A model generated the notes under the pieces. It saw only the letters and a program-made list of their open reading frames with translations, did no database searches and was not told the origin of the DNA. Shown in pieces: positions 1 through 9,071 of a stretch of 33,281 bases of DNA. Made by a program: the position numbers and the translations under genes. The stretch is from an uncultured Pseudomonadota bacterium (lineage in GTDB: Bacteria; SAR324; NAC60-12): contig CAJWCD010000018.1 in assembly GCA_913020725.1 (NCBI GenBank), positions 1 through 33,281 on the forward strand, read 5' to 3'. The stretch's first letter is position 1. Each line of letters starts with the position of its first letter.

Positions 1-39
1 TATCTCGCGTACGGCAAGTATGGCCCGACAGATTCTTTC

Positions 40-453
40 GTGGACAGCCTCCTAGATCAGGTTGAAAGGCTGGCAGCAAGAGGTCTGAGCCAGAAGCAGG
101 TTTGTGAGGCACTTGGAATCTCAGAGTCTTGGTGGCATGAGAAGAAACCAATTTTCCCGGAATTGCTGGAGTCTTATAAAAGAGGAGCAGCGTTAGGACT
201 TGCTGATGTTTCCAATGCCCTCTACGAGTCTGCAATGAGTGGAACTCCCGTTGCTCAGATCTTCTACCTCAAGAACCGCGCACCAAAAGAGTGGGCCGAC
301 GTGCAAAGCGTCAACAAAGTCCAAATCAACTTTTCTCGGATGTCCGACACTCAGCTTCTCAATGAGCTGCGGGAGGATCCGGGACTCGCCGCTTCTATCT
401 CTGCCTTCCTTCCTGAATTGCTGAGGGACGATTCCGAAAGCACTCCACGCTGA
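40..453 (+). CDS. Phage terminase small subunit-like HTH protein; 5' end uncertain, frame is open to the window edge
   Basis: N-terminal HTH (LAARGLSQKQVCEALGISESWW), then ELLESYKRG...VSNALYESAMSG..VAQIFYLKNRAPKEWAD, matching the 'A.IF.LKNR.P..W.D' signature of HTH-type TerS proteins. Confidence 0.7.
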   Translation: MDSLLDQVERLAARGLSQKQVCEALGISESWWHEKKPIFPELLESYKRGAALGLADVSNALYESAMSGTPVAQIFYLKNRAPKEWADVQSVNKVQINFSRMSDTQLLNELREDPGLAASISAFLPELLRDDSESTPR

Positions 454-554
454 ACCGTCTCAGCCCTGCCCTATCGCCAAGATGAGCTGCTTGGAGGGCA
501 GAGCGACGAAGGAGTGCTGCCTTCCAAGTCAGTCTCGATCGACTTGTTGGAACA

Positions 555-971
555 TCAGATAGAGTTGAGACTAAAAGAACTTTTTGTGTGAATGAAATCT
601 ATGTCTTCAATTTTAGACAAAGAATCTTTGATAAAGTTTTCTAGTTCCTTAGAAATTCTGGAAGAAACTTCCTCAAACTCTTCTTTTGAAAAAGGTCTTT
701 CCCAATTAAAAACGGTTTCTCCCGTGAAATATTGCATTCCATGAAACTCTAACCAATTATCCATAAGTATATCGAAACCTAAGTCTAACTTCCTGTCTAA
801 AATAATCAAACCAACTACCCTTCTAAGAGGGTGTATTGAAGAGTAATTTTCGTTATATGGAGAATTAATATTCTTCAGTTTTTTCCATTCAATAATATCA
901 ATTGCTTTCTTGAAAGAACTTTTAGGACTTAAGGGAAAAGCCCGTATATCTCCACCATTTTTATTTTCCAT
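555..971 (-). CDS. AT-rich hypothetical protein (138 aa, ORFan-like cargo)
   Basis: Uninterrupted 138-codon ORF in AT-rich DNA, where long chance ORFs are unlikely; AAAGGA RBS upstream of the ATG; no recognisable motif. Confidence 0.6.
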   Translation of the reverse strand: MENKNGGDIRAFPLSPKSSFKKAIDIIEWKKLKNINSPYNENYSSIHPLRRVVGLIILDRKLDLGFDILMDNWLEFHGMQYFTGETVFNWERPFSKEEFEEVSSRISKELENFIKDSLSKIEDIDFIHTKSSFSLNSI

Positions 972-1196
972 AGATCCTTTGTTAAGTCAAAAAAATTCCA
1001 ACATCAAATTATCCGCAAAAACCGTCTTGTTGTGTTACTAGGAGCGTTACCAATCGGTCCTCAGAGGTGTTGAAAGAGACTCAGAATTAATTCCAAAAAA
1101 ATCCCTCTGAAATCCACCTGCTTGGTTGGAAATACGGTTGGAATTTTTGAAGGATGATTTTCACATTATTTTCAATAAACCACCAAATAACTGAAT

Positions 1197-1550
1197 TTAT
1201 AAAGTAAATTTTGAGCTCGCAAGCGGAGTTGAATCAATGACCAACTCATTTGCAATGCGGTGATGTCGGTAGTCTTGGTGCAAGCCCGGATCTGCGGTCA
1301 ACAATTTGAATCCAAGTTTCCGAGCTATGGAGGCATGGAGGGCATCGGCGGTTCGCAATCCGGACCGATACTCCAAGCACAAGGCGCCTGCCGTCTCAAA
1401 ATCTTCCTCCATGACCTCTGCCTTGTTCATCGCTCCAGAGTTCACAACCTCGAACATTTTTTCAACTGAGCAACTCACCGTAGCGAGATCACAGCCTCCC
1501 CATCGGATCTTGAATGCTGCCGCACTACAAAACTCTGCCGTTGTCCATTA
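1197..1550 (-). pseudogene. PIN-domain VapC-type toxin pseudogene
   Basis: LRTADALHASIA...LLTAD PIN motif. The same frame extends upstream as WTTAEFCSAAAFKIR (the PIN 'W..xEF.SA' helix) up to an in-frame TAA at 1548-1550. The N-terminal D-T/S motif and an antitoxin gene are absent. Confidence 0.7.
1213..1251 (-). other. att-like site: 3' fragment of a tRNA (Thr-like), not an intact tRNA
   Basis: Minus strand reads AATGAGTT-GGTC-ATTGA-TTCAACT-CCGCT-TGCGAGC-T-C: variable loop, T-loop, 3' T-stem strand, acceptor 3' strand and discriminator U with correct tRNA spacing. The 5' T-stem strand is degenerate and there is no D-arm. Confidence 0.6.
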
Positions 1551-1622
1551 TGGAGTGCAACTTCCATCATATGCTCATCGGGGGTTTGAGGCAAACTCCA
1601 CGTATGCGGTGAGTTTGGAAAT

Positions 1623-4600
1623 TCAAGGTTCTTCTGTGGAGGTGTTATTCAACCAGTCAAACCGGAAAACCTCCCGCAGAATTCCGGGTGCGAGCGAAAG
1701 CGGGTTGACCGACTTTTCCGGATCATCAAGGGATCCGTAAGCGTGGAAGTCCAAAGCGATCAACCCTGCCTTGTCAGTGCCCGTCAAGATGGTGCCCAGC
1801 ACCGGAACCCAACTGATCAACCGAGTCAACACATAGGCAGGGGCGATGCTGCCCTTGAGGTCCAATTCACGCTTGACGGGATCGATCCATCCTGAAAAGG
1901 TGACTCCGGTTGACACTCCAATCGCGCTGCTCTCCGCGAAGGTGTAACGGCCTTCTGCCACCGAAACTTTACTGTAGCCTTCATCGAAGAACACTCCGCC
2001 CGCCAAGAGTTGTTCCAGCAATCCGGTCAGGCTGACCAAGGAGAAGATGTCCACCAACAATGGCGCATCTGTTACGGTGAAGTTGCTCAGTCGCACCTCG
2101 GATTCGTGCCGAGTGAGGTTGTCATCGTGGAACTCGGTTCTCAGCTTGAGCTTGCCGCCTTTGGCGACTTGCGTGTCCGTCAACAAGTACAACACACTGC
2201 CAGCGTCAGCGGACTCCACCTCAAGGACATGCGGTGAGTCCGTGTGAGGTTCAAAACTGAAACGTATGTCGCCCTCACTGGATTTTCCGTGCCCCACCAC
2301 ACGAGGCAGCTTGCCGGATTTTTCGACTTCAAGGGTTCCGTCAACCCAGACTGGACGCCCCTCATATTCAATGCCTCCGTGATGCTTCGCCTCCAACTTT
2401 CCTGCTGCCGACACGGTTCCCACCGTCTTTCCGGACAAAGCCAGTTTCTCGGTCAGGGCGATGTGTCCGGAAGTCAGTTCAAACGCGACTGCTTCAGCAA
2501 ACTCTGTTGCTCCAGCATCTTTCAGCAGGGGGGTCAAATCCACCCGCGGCCCCTGCAATTTCACAGCATACCCCTTGCTCGGATGTTTCACAATTTCAAG
2601 CAAGTCGAGTTGGGTTCCCGGTCCATGCGACTCTGACAACTGGAGCGATTTGAATCCGCCAAGTTGGCCAACTTCCATCCGACCTCGCCCGCCAAATTCA
2701 GCCGTCTCCAACTGCACACTGAGAACGGGGCTGAAGTTGTGTCCGGTCACGAGTGCAACCACCTTCGCCGTTCCGGGGGAGCCGATCTTTTTTGTCCATC
2801 TGGCCACGGGCACGACAAATCCTGCGGAATCGAGTCCGACTTGCACCGTCACTAGGCTGCTCTCTTGATCCTGCTGAGTGATCTCAACCTGTCCGGAGGC
2901 TTGTCCCTCCAGTTCGATTCCGGTGATGTTGCTCACGAGCCTCGCAACCTCGGCAGTGGTGGGCAGGTTGACGCGGGTGAACGGAGAGGCCCCTTCTGTC
3001 TTTGAGAACTCCAAGCCAAGCTCGGCTCCATGCACTTGCCCTGTGCCTGCGATCAACACCGCCTTGGGGTTGGCCGCCACATTCAGGGTTCCGTGTGCAA
3101 GGTCCAAGTTGAGCGGCAAACCGAGCAGGCTGACATTGTCGATTCTCGCGTCTGCGGAGAACTGGAAATCTCCATCCGCAAGCTCGTCTTTCAGTGGAAA
3201 ATCCATGTCCAACTTCAACTGCACCTGCCCTCGGGCTTGGGAAAACGGCAGGTCGCCCTTTTCCAGAACCGCTAGGTCCGGATGCTCCAGCAACGCCAAG
3301 GCGGTCGGCAGTGGAGCGATTGCGTTAAACGAAAACTGCGCGAGGGGCAATCCGGATTGGAGCGGTGCAAAACGCAGGGTGCCCGCCCTGATTTCCAACT
3401 CGTTGATCACGCCAGAGTGAATCGCAATCTCAACGGCATCCATCCCGATTTCGATGGTCGCGTTGACCCTCTGACTTTCCGGCAGGTTTTCGTAATACCG
3501 CACCGACGTGTTTTCAACGTGCAGGACGCTTTTCAAGTGCCGGAGTTGCAGGGCATCGTCATTGGGCGGTGTCCCGGAACTCATTTGCAAAGCCACCGAA
3601 GCCGTGCGCACCTGTCCTTTCGACAGACGATTCACCACCCATTCCCGGGTTCCCGTGGCTAAATTGGGCAACCACCAGCCGGAGAGAGCATCCACGGGAA
3701 AATTGAAGGCATTGGCTTGAAGCACGAGTTCCACAGGCAGGAAATCACGCGTCCTCAGTTTGGCTTGGGCCTCCAGTCGCGTGGTGTTGTCGAGCTTGAT
3801 CCGGAAATCTTTGGTTTGCAGGGTGGTGCCGTCCCAGTCGGCGGAGAAGGTCAGCTTCTCGACTTCAAGTGTTTCCGCTCCCCCTTCTGTCAGCACACTG
3901 GCCCCGGACAACTCGAACTTGGCTTTGGCGTCCTGAAGCGCAAAGTCCGGCCCCAGCTTGAACTCCACTTGACCATCGGCGTCCGCGACCAATGCGGAAA
4001 TGCTGGGGTAGACGGTGTGTTGCAGTCCGATCCGGGCATCACTCACAGCAAGAGTTCCCACCACTTCGCCAACTTCCGGAAAGCCAGTAGGGCTTGAGGA
4101 GGGGATGAAAGTCACAGTGGCGGTCGCGGTGCCGATATGCTGTTGATTTTGCGGCCCTCGCGCTGAGATTTGCAGGCTGGGCAACCGGATTTTCAACAGC
4201 TTGTTAAGCTCATGCACCAACCCAAGACGTTGTGCCTTCACAACCACTTGACCATGCGGCTGGGGCTGAAATTGCCACTGCCCTGCGATTTGCACAGGAA
4301 CAAACCCTTGCTCCTGCTGCACCTTGCCAGCAACCGTGACGCTGATTTCACGCACGGTCCGTTTTGCCGATACGTTGACCTGCACCACCCGGATGACACG
4401 ATCACGGGCTGCATCCAAGATGCGAAAGTCGGCATTGTTGAGGATGATGCGTTTGAGATATTGCAGGTGCGGCGGGATTGCGGCATCTCCAGAGGATTGG
4501 GCGGAAACATCGAGCCATCCGGAAAAATCGATGCCGGACACATCAGTTTGACCGAGGGTCCATTGCAGACTGGGCCGTTCCAGTCGAATCAGGCTGGGGG

Positions 4601-4943
4601 CGACTTCTCCCCGGAAGAGTCGGGGCAGGTTGAGGCCAATCGCCATTTCTGGAAGCATGATTTGACCCTGCGGAGTCGTCACGTCAAGATCGAACATATG
4701 CACCCCAAGCGGACTCTGCCAGCCCTCCCACGATAGCTTCGCTGCCCCCACGTTCACTTTGACCCCCTGCTCCGGTATGGAGAGGGCGTTCGACATCGCC
4801 TGCGTAACGGAGTGCATCGTCATGCGACCTTCCGTCAAGCGCCAAAAGAGGACAACGACCAGCACGGCTAGTGTGAGCAACATCCCGGCCAGCACACTCA
4901 ACAGCCACTTCAGCGAAAAATTGTGAATGCGTTGTACAGGCAT
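1623..4943 (-). CDS. AsmA-like/YhdP-family (DUF3971 + AsmA_2) envelope lipid-transport-like protein, 1106 aa
   Basis: Single N-terminal TM, long beta-rich body, 'WWLPNLATGTREWVVNRLSKG' segment, and C-terminal 'GWIDPVKRELDLKGSIAPAY...VPVLGTILTG...GSLDDP..SVNPLSLAPGILR' typical of AsmA-like C-termini. Confidence 0.85.
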   Translation of the reverse strand: MPVQRIHNFSLKWLLSVLAGMLLTLAVLVVVLFWRLTEGRMTMHSVTQAMSNALSIPEQGVKVNVGAAKLSWEGWQSPLGVHMFDLDVTTPQGQIMLPEMAIGLNLPRLFRGEVAPSLIRLERPSLQWTLGQTDVSGIDFSGWLDVSAQSSGDAAIPPHLQYLKRIILNNADFRILDAARDRVIRVVQVNVSAKRTVREISVTVAGKVQQEQGFVPVQIAGQWQFQPQPHGQVVVKAQRLGLVHELNKLLKIRLPSLQISARGPQNQQHIGTATATVTFIPSSSPTGFPEVGEVVGTLAVSDARIGLQHTVYPSISALVADADGQVEFKLGPDFALQDAKAKFELSGASVLTEGGAETLEVEKLTFSADWDGTTLQTKDFRIKLDNTTRLEAQAKLRTRDFLPVELVLQANAFNFPVDALSGWWLPNLATGTREWVVNRLSKGQVRTASVALQMSSGTPPNDDALQLRHLKSVLHVENTSVRYYENLPESQRVNATIEIGMDAVEIAIHSGVINELEIRAGTLRFAPLQSGLPLAQFSFNAIAPLPTALALLEHPDLAVLEKGDLPFSQARGQVQLKLDMDFPLKDELADGDFQFSADARIDNVSLLGLPLNLDLAHGTLNVAANPKAVLIAGTGQVHGAELGLEFSKTEGASPFTRVNLPTTAEVARLVSNITGIELEGQASGQVEITQQDQESSLVTVQVGLDSAGFVVPVARWTKKIGSPGTAKVVALVTGHNFSPVLSVQLETAEFGGRGRMEVGQLGGFKSLQLSESHGPGTQLDLLEIVKHPSKGYAVKLQGPRVDLTPLLKDAGATEFAEAVAFELTSGHIALTEKLALSGKTVGTVSAAGKLEAKHHGGIEYEGRPVWVDGTLEVEKSGKLPRVVGHGKSSEGDIRFSFEPHTDSPHVLEVESADAGSVLYLLTDTQVAKGGKLKLRTEFHDDNLTRHESEVRLSNFTVTDAPLLVDIFSLVSLTGLLEQLLAGGVFFDEGYSKVSVAEGRYTFAESSAIGVSTGVTFSGWIDPVKRELDLKGSIAPAYVLTRLISWVPVLGTILTGTDKAGLIALDFHAYGSLDDPEKSVNPLSLAPGILREVFRFDWLNNTSTEEP

Positions 4944-5000
4944 CAGCAGTGCTGGCGGTGGAGCAGGGGGTTTGGTGAGACGTTCGCGAAAACTTGTATT

Positions 5001-6191
5001 TTACTCGATATTCGCTGGATCTGAAAGGCGTGTTTTGTTGCGAAATGCAACAGGGAGCGTCAGCGTCAGGGTTTGTCCGAGTTCAGAGAAGTACCCCTCG
5101 GTTCTCACTAGAAACTCAAGCGTCAGGCGGCTTGCGGTCTGGGTTTTGCGAATTTCAAGATGATGCTGGGAGTCGGGCACGGCAAACCCCCGCACTTCCA
5201 AGAAAATTAGTATTTTTTTATGAGCCTGCACCGCACCTTGATCTGCGTAATCGAGTTGGAGATGTTTTTGAACAAGATCGCTTTGGATCACCAAGGATTC
5301 TACGGTTTCCGGAATTGTGATTTCGCGGCGGTGCGATTCGTAAAACGGACGTCTCGTGAGAAACAGTGCGATCATCACGGCAATCGCCAGCAACAGCCCC
5401 ACCCCCACCTGCATTCCAAAGCGTCGGGAGAGCTTGACCGGACGGTTTTCCAGCAGGGGCGGTGGTAAGACAAAGTGGTAAAGCACCACCATCGTGCAGA
5501 GCAACACTGCCAATGAAGAAAAAGTGTCACTCAGAAAATGCCCCCCCTGTACGATCCGAGTTGCACTGAGCAGCACTCCGTACCCCAGCCCAAAGCCCAG
5601 CATTGCCAGAGCGAGTTTCCGGAACGGTCGCCAGAACACCACCCCTGTGACAAACACGAAACCCATCGTGCAGTGCCCACAAGGAAAGGACTGTCCACGT
5701 CCCGGAATGCCCACGGCAAGGACTGGTTTGTACGGCCACGGCCCGTTGAATTCCAAGATCTGCCGAGGACGTGGCCGCCCGGAGTATTCCTTGAGCAACC
5801 CGTTCACGATCACTCCTGCCGCCAGCACAATCGAGAGCCCCATCACCAACCAATACCCGCGCCAGCGGTGCCATTCGGATCGCTTCAGACACGCATACCA
5901 TGCGACAAAAGCGAAGATGGTGAGCAGCAGTCCGGGGATCGTCCCATAGGTATAAAGCCAAGTCCACGGAAAATCTTTGGCCAGAAACCACTCCTTGCCG
6001 TCCCAAAACCACGCCAACACGCGCCGATCGGCATCTTGCGATTCCAACACAAGAATCGTCACGAGCCACACTCCAACAATGCCCAGCAGCCACAGCAAGC
6101 CTCGTTTCCGCAACTGCTGCTGCCCCCGTAGGGGAGTGCGCACCAGCTCCGAAGAGTGCCGGACGGCAAGGGGTTGTCGCATTCGGGTCAC
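5001..6191 (-). CDS. PAP2-superfamily membrane phosphatase (lipid A phosphatase LpxF-like) with an extra C-terminal soluble domain
   Basis: C1 KEYSGRPRP, C2 SFPCGH, C3 TRIVQGGHFLSD; several TMs. Start placed at the GTG overlapping the upstream stop (alternative ATG at 6182). Confidence 0.85.
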   Translation of the reverse strand: MTRMRQPLAVRHSSELVRTPLRGQQQLRKRGLLWLLGIVGVWLVTILVLESQDADRRVLAWFWDGKEWFLAKDFPWTWLYTYGTIPGLLLTIFAFVAWYACLKRSEWHRWRGYWLVMGLSIVLAAGVIVNGLLKEYSGRPRPRQILEFNGPWPYKPVLAVGIPGRGQSFPCGHCTMGFVFVTGVVFWRPFRKLALAMLGFGLGYGVLLSATRIVQGGHFLSDTFSSLAVLLCTMVVLYHFVLPPPLLENRPVKLSRRFGMQVGVGLLLAIAVMIALFLTRRPFYESHRREITIPETVESLVIQSDLVQKHLQLDYADQGAVQAHKKILIFLEVRGFAVPDSQHHLEIRKTQTASRLTLEFLVRTEGYFSELGQTLTLTLPVAFRNKTRLSDPANIE

Positions 6192-7177
6192 GCGGGATCG
6201 TTGGCCTGCACCACAAAAAATACGGATAGCACGGTTTCGTGAAGTTTCCGGAAACGCGGCCAAGCAAAGCCGAGCAGAGCAATTCCCAATGGAGCCAGCA
6301 CCAGCAACTCAAATCTCGACTCCAGCCACACGCTCCGGAGCCCAATCACCAATCCCATCAACCCCAACAAGATCAGGAACCCCCAACCCGCCAACTGCAG
6401 TTCCCAGTAGGCCGGCACGGAGGGGTAGCCTCCGTGCATCCGGACATACTCCCGCTGCTCTGCCGTGCGCAAAAAACGGTGAAACATCCAGTGCAGCACC
6501 ATCCAGGTGGGCAGGATCATGCCGAGGCAGTCCGTGAGCCAATGCGACGCTGTCATCACCCGTCCCACCGCCATCGCCATCGCCATCGCCACCGCAACTG
6601 CTCCCCACAACCAAGCCCACCGCCGCCGGTGCAAGCTCGGATAGGAGTGCAACACATAGGCGAGCATGAGCAAGGTGACAACCGACGCTGTGTGGCCGCT
6701 GGGGAAACTTCCGGAATAGATGCCCTCGGTGACAAAGTGCGGGCCGAAGCTGTGCCACGGGGTGAAGGGCCAATCACTCTGCCACACCTCATAGGGCCGC
6801 GCCCGTCCAATCACCCACTTGAGTCCGTGAACCAACCCAAGTGCTCCCGCCAAGGCTGAGAGCACGATGAAGCTCAGGTAGGGCCGTTCATGCTGTAGCC
6901 ATTGTGGGGCAGATGCACGGCCACTCCAAAGGTAAAGTCCAAGGCTGGCCAGCAGAAAGCAGGTTCCCGGATCGCTCAAACCCGCAGCGTCCCCTTCAAA
7001 AAAGGTTCTCCGAGTCCATTCTCCGAATTCCGGATTGGCATGTTCCCAAATCCAGCGGCTGGCCTCAAAGTCAAAAGGAGTGAGCAGCCCCAGCACACCA
7101 ACCGCGCAGATGGACAACACCGCCAGCCCCCATCCGGGCTTCAAGAGTGGTTGGGGAGAGTTTTCAGACATCATCAC
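6188..7177 (-). CDS. PAP2-superfamily membrane phosphatase
   Basis: KWVIGRARP, SFPSGH and GRVMTASHWLTD motifs; multiple TMs. Confidence 0.88.
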   Translation of the reverse strand: MMMSENSPQPLLKPGWGLAVLSICAVGVLGLLTPFDFEASRWIWEHANPEFGEWTRRTFFEGDAAGLSDPGTCFLLASLGLYLWSGRASAPQWLQHERPYLSFIVLSALAGALGLVHGLKWVIGRARPYEVWQSDWPFTPWHSFGPHFVTEGIYSGSFPSGHTASVVTLLMLAYVLHSYPSLHRRRWAWLWGAVAVAMAMAMAVGRVMTASHWLTDCLGMILPTWMVLHWMFHRFLRTAEQREYVRMHGGYPSVPAYWELQLAGWGFLILLGLMGLVIGLRSVWLESRFELLVLAPLGIALLGFAWPRFRKLHETVLSVFFVVQANDPA

Positions 7178-7193
7178 ACAGCGTCAGAACGCC

Positions 7194-8405
7194 TTAAGCG
7201 GCTTTCGATTTTCCAAGCAGGGGCGCAAGCTGGCCGAGAATGTGACTCCCGATGTTGAGACTGGAGGTGGCTCCAGGAGACGGCGCGTTGCCGACATGGA
7301 CAATCCTGCCATCCTGTTGAATCAGAAAATCATCCACAGGCTTGCCGTCCGGAGTGACCGCCTGAGCGCGAATCCCGGCGGGAGCGGCTTCTAGGTCATC
7401 GGCTTGGATTTCTGGAATGAGCCGCTGAAGCGCCTTGGCGAACGCTGCTTTGCTGAAAGAGCGCCACAACTCTTCGGCTCCAGTTTTCCAGTATTTTGCC
7501 GCCAGCTTGAGAAAACCCGGATAGCTGAGGGATTCTGCGAGTTCCTGCCAGTTGACGGTGGTGCGCGTGTAGCCCTCCCGTGCAAAGGCCAGCACGGCAT
7601 TGGGTCCGCACTCCAACCCGCCTTGGATCATGCGTGTGAAATGCACTCCGAGGAAGGGGAAATTCGGATCCGGAACCGGATAGATGAGATTGTTGCAAAG
7701 GTGCTGGGCATTGGGCTTGACCTCGTAATACTCTCCCCGGAACGGGATGATCTTATGCTGTGGAGGCATGGTCATCGCCGTCACTTTGTCAGAGTACAAT
7801 CCCGCGCAGTTGACCAAGTAGTCTCCCTCAAAGGCTCCGGTTGTGGTCTCCACCACGATGCAACTTCCTGTCCGCAACCCCGTCACTTTGGTTCCAAGTC
7901 TGAGCGTCCGGTGATCTTCCTGCTGAACGATTTCTGCAAGGCGTCGGCAGACCGCCGTGTAGTCCGTGATTCCTGCTTCCGGAACATGGATCGCCTGAAT
8001 CCCGTTGACGTGCGGTTCCAACTCCAGCAACCGCTCCCGTGGGATCAACTCGCAGACCACGTCGTTCGCCCGCCCACGCTCAAGAATCCTCTCCAGCGCA
8101 GGGAGTTCGGCTGCGGAAGTGGCGACGATCACTTTCCCGCAAATCTCGTAGGGGATGTCGTTTTCGGCGCAGAATTCCTCCATGCGCCGCTTGCCCTCTT
8201 GGCAGTTTTTCGCTTTCAGTGACCCCGGTTTGTAATAAACCCCCGTGTGCAGCACTCCGGAATTGTGCCCGGTTTGGTGCTGGGCGACTTCAGTTTCTTT
8301 TTCAAGAACCGTCACCGAAAGCCGAGGGTAGGTGCGTGAAAACTGGTAGGCGGTGGCAAGGCCAACGATGCCTCCGCCGATGATGATGATGTCAGATTTT
8401 TTCAC
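7194..8405 (-). CDS. lhgO: L-2-hydroxyglutarate oxidase (FAD-dependent)
   Basis: GGGIVG FAD motif, HQTGHNSGVLHTGVYYKPGSLKA, IYPVPDPNFPFLGVHFTR, NAPSPGATSSL. Confidence 0.93.
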   Translation of the reverse strand: MKKSDIIIIGGGIVGLATAYQFSRTYPRLSVTVLEKETEVAQHQTGHNSGVLHTGVYYKPGSLKAKNCQEGKRRMEEFCAENDIPYEICGKVIVATSAAELPALERILERGRANDVVCELIPRERLLELEPHVNGIQAIHVPEAGITDYTAVCRRLAEIVQQEDHRTLRLGTKVTGLRTGSCIVVETTTGAFEGDYLVNCAGLYSDKVTAMTMPPQHKIIPFRGEYYEVKPNAQHLCNNLIYPVPDPNFPFLGVHFTRMIQGGLECGPNAVLAFAREGYTRTTVNWQELAESLSYPGFLKLAAKYWKTGAEELWRSFSKAAFAKALQRLIPEIQADDLEAAPAGIRAQAVTPDGKPVDDFLIQQDGRIVHVGNAPSPGATSSLNIGSHILGQLAPLLGKSKAA

Positions 8406-8408
8406 GGA

Positions 8409-9071
8409 TCAGCGTTTGCGGGCAAGGGTGAGGCCGTCTCCGAGTGGGAGCATGCTCAAGTCGATGCGTTCGTCTCGATGCAGGTGTTCATTGAAAGCCC
8501 GGAGAGCGGTGGTGTCCTCATCCATGACTTCAGGACGAGCGACACGTCCGCCCCACAGCACGTTGTCCACGAGGAGCAAGCCTCCTGTCCGCAGCAACTT
8601 CAGGCAACGTTCGTAGTAAGCGAGGTAGCCCGTTTTGTCGGCATCAATGAAGGCCATGTCGAAACTCCCGGCGTGTCCGGAATCCAGCAGCTCATCCAGT
8701 GATTCCAGCGCAGGGCCGAGCTTGAGTTCAATGCGGTCTGCCACTCCGGCTTCGGCCCAGTAGCGTTTGGCGGTGTTGGTGTAGTCCTCGCTGAGATCGC
8801 AGGCGACGAGCGTTCCAGAGTCCGGCAGGGCGAGTGCCATCGAGAGTGAACTGTAGCCCGTGAAGGTGCCGATTTCAACGATGCGCGTGGCTCCGGTGAT
8901 GCGGACGAGCAGGTTCATGAACTGTCCTTGTTCCGGGGAAACTTGCATGCCGCCGAAAGGCAACTTCGCCGTTTCCGTGCGCAAGCGTTTGAGAAGATCG
9001 GTGTCGCGCAGGGAATGGCAACGCAGGTAGCTCAAGAGGGGAGCTTCAAGACCAAGGGTGGTGCTGGACAT
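8409..9071 (-). CDS. Class I SAM-dependent O-methyltransferase (caffeoyl-CoA OMT / Methyltransf_3 family)
   Basis: MQVSPEQGQF, VEIGTFTGYS, FDMAFIDADK, VDNVLWGG, LPLGDGLTLARK; start taken at MSSTTL. Confidence 0.93.
   Translation of the reverse strand: MSSTTLGLEAPLLSYLRCHSLRDTDLLKRLRTETAKLPFGGMQVSPEQGQFMNLLVRITGATRIVEIGTFTGYSSLSMALALPDSGTLVACDLSEDYTNTAKRYWAEAGVADRIELKLGPALESLDELLDSGHAGSFDMAFIDADKTGYLAYYERCLKLLRTGGLLLVDNVLWGGRVARPEVMDEDTTALRAFNEHLHRDERIDLSMLPLGDGLTLARKR

Larger units (their letters stand above)
1..1233. mobile_element. One end of an integrated element (prophage remnant or phage satellite)
   Basis: terS-like gene, sharp GC drop at ~555-1210, short direct repeats (TGTTACTA/CGTTACCA at ~1033-1052; TTGGTTGGAAAT/ACGGTTGGAATT at ~1122-1145) and a tRNA 3' fragment at the boundary. 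Confidence 0.55.

Noticed and set aside
20..55. Alternative ATG at 20 (MARQIL) implying a frameshifted terS start
   Set aside because: Plausible but untestable here: the main frame is open to the window edge and has a usable GTG at 40
1213..1290. Intact tRNA gene
   Set aside because: No 5' acceptor strand or D-arm, and the T-stem cannot pair; only a 3' fragment is supported
6569..6592. (CGCCAT)x3-4 tandem repeat
   Set aside because: In-frame 6-bp unit encoding AMAMAMA in a PAP2 TM helix; it cannot shift the frame, so it is not a phase-variation switch
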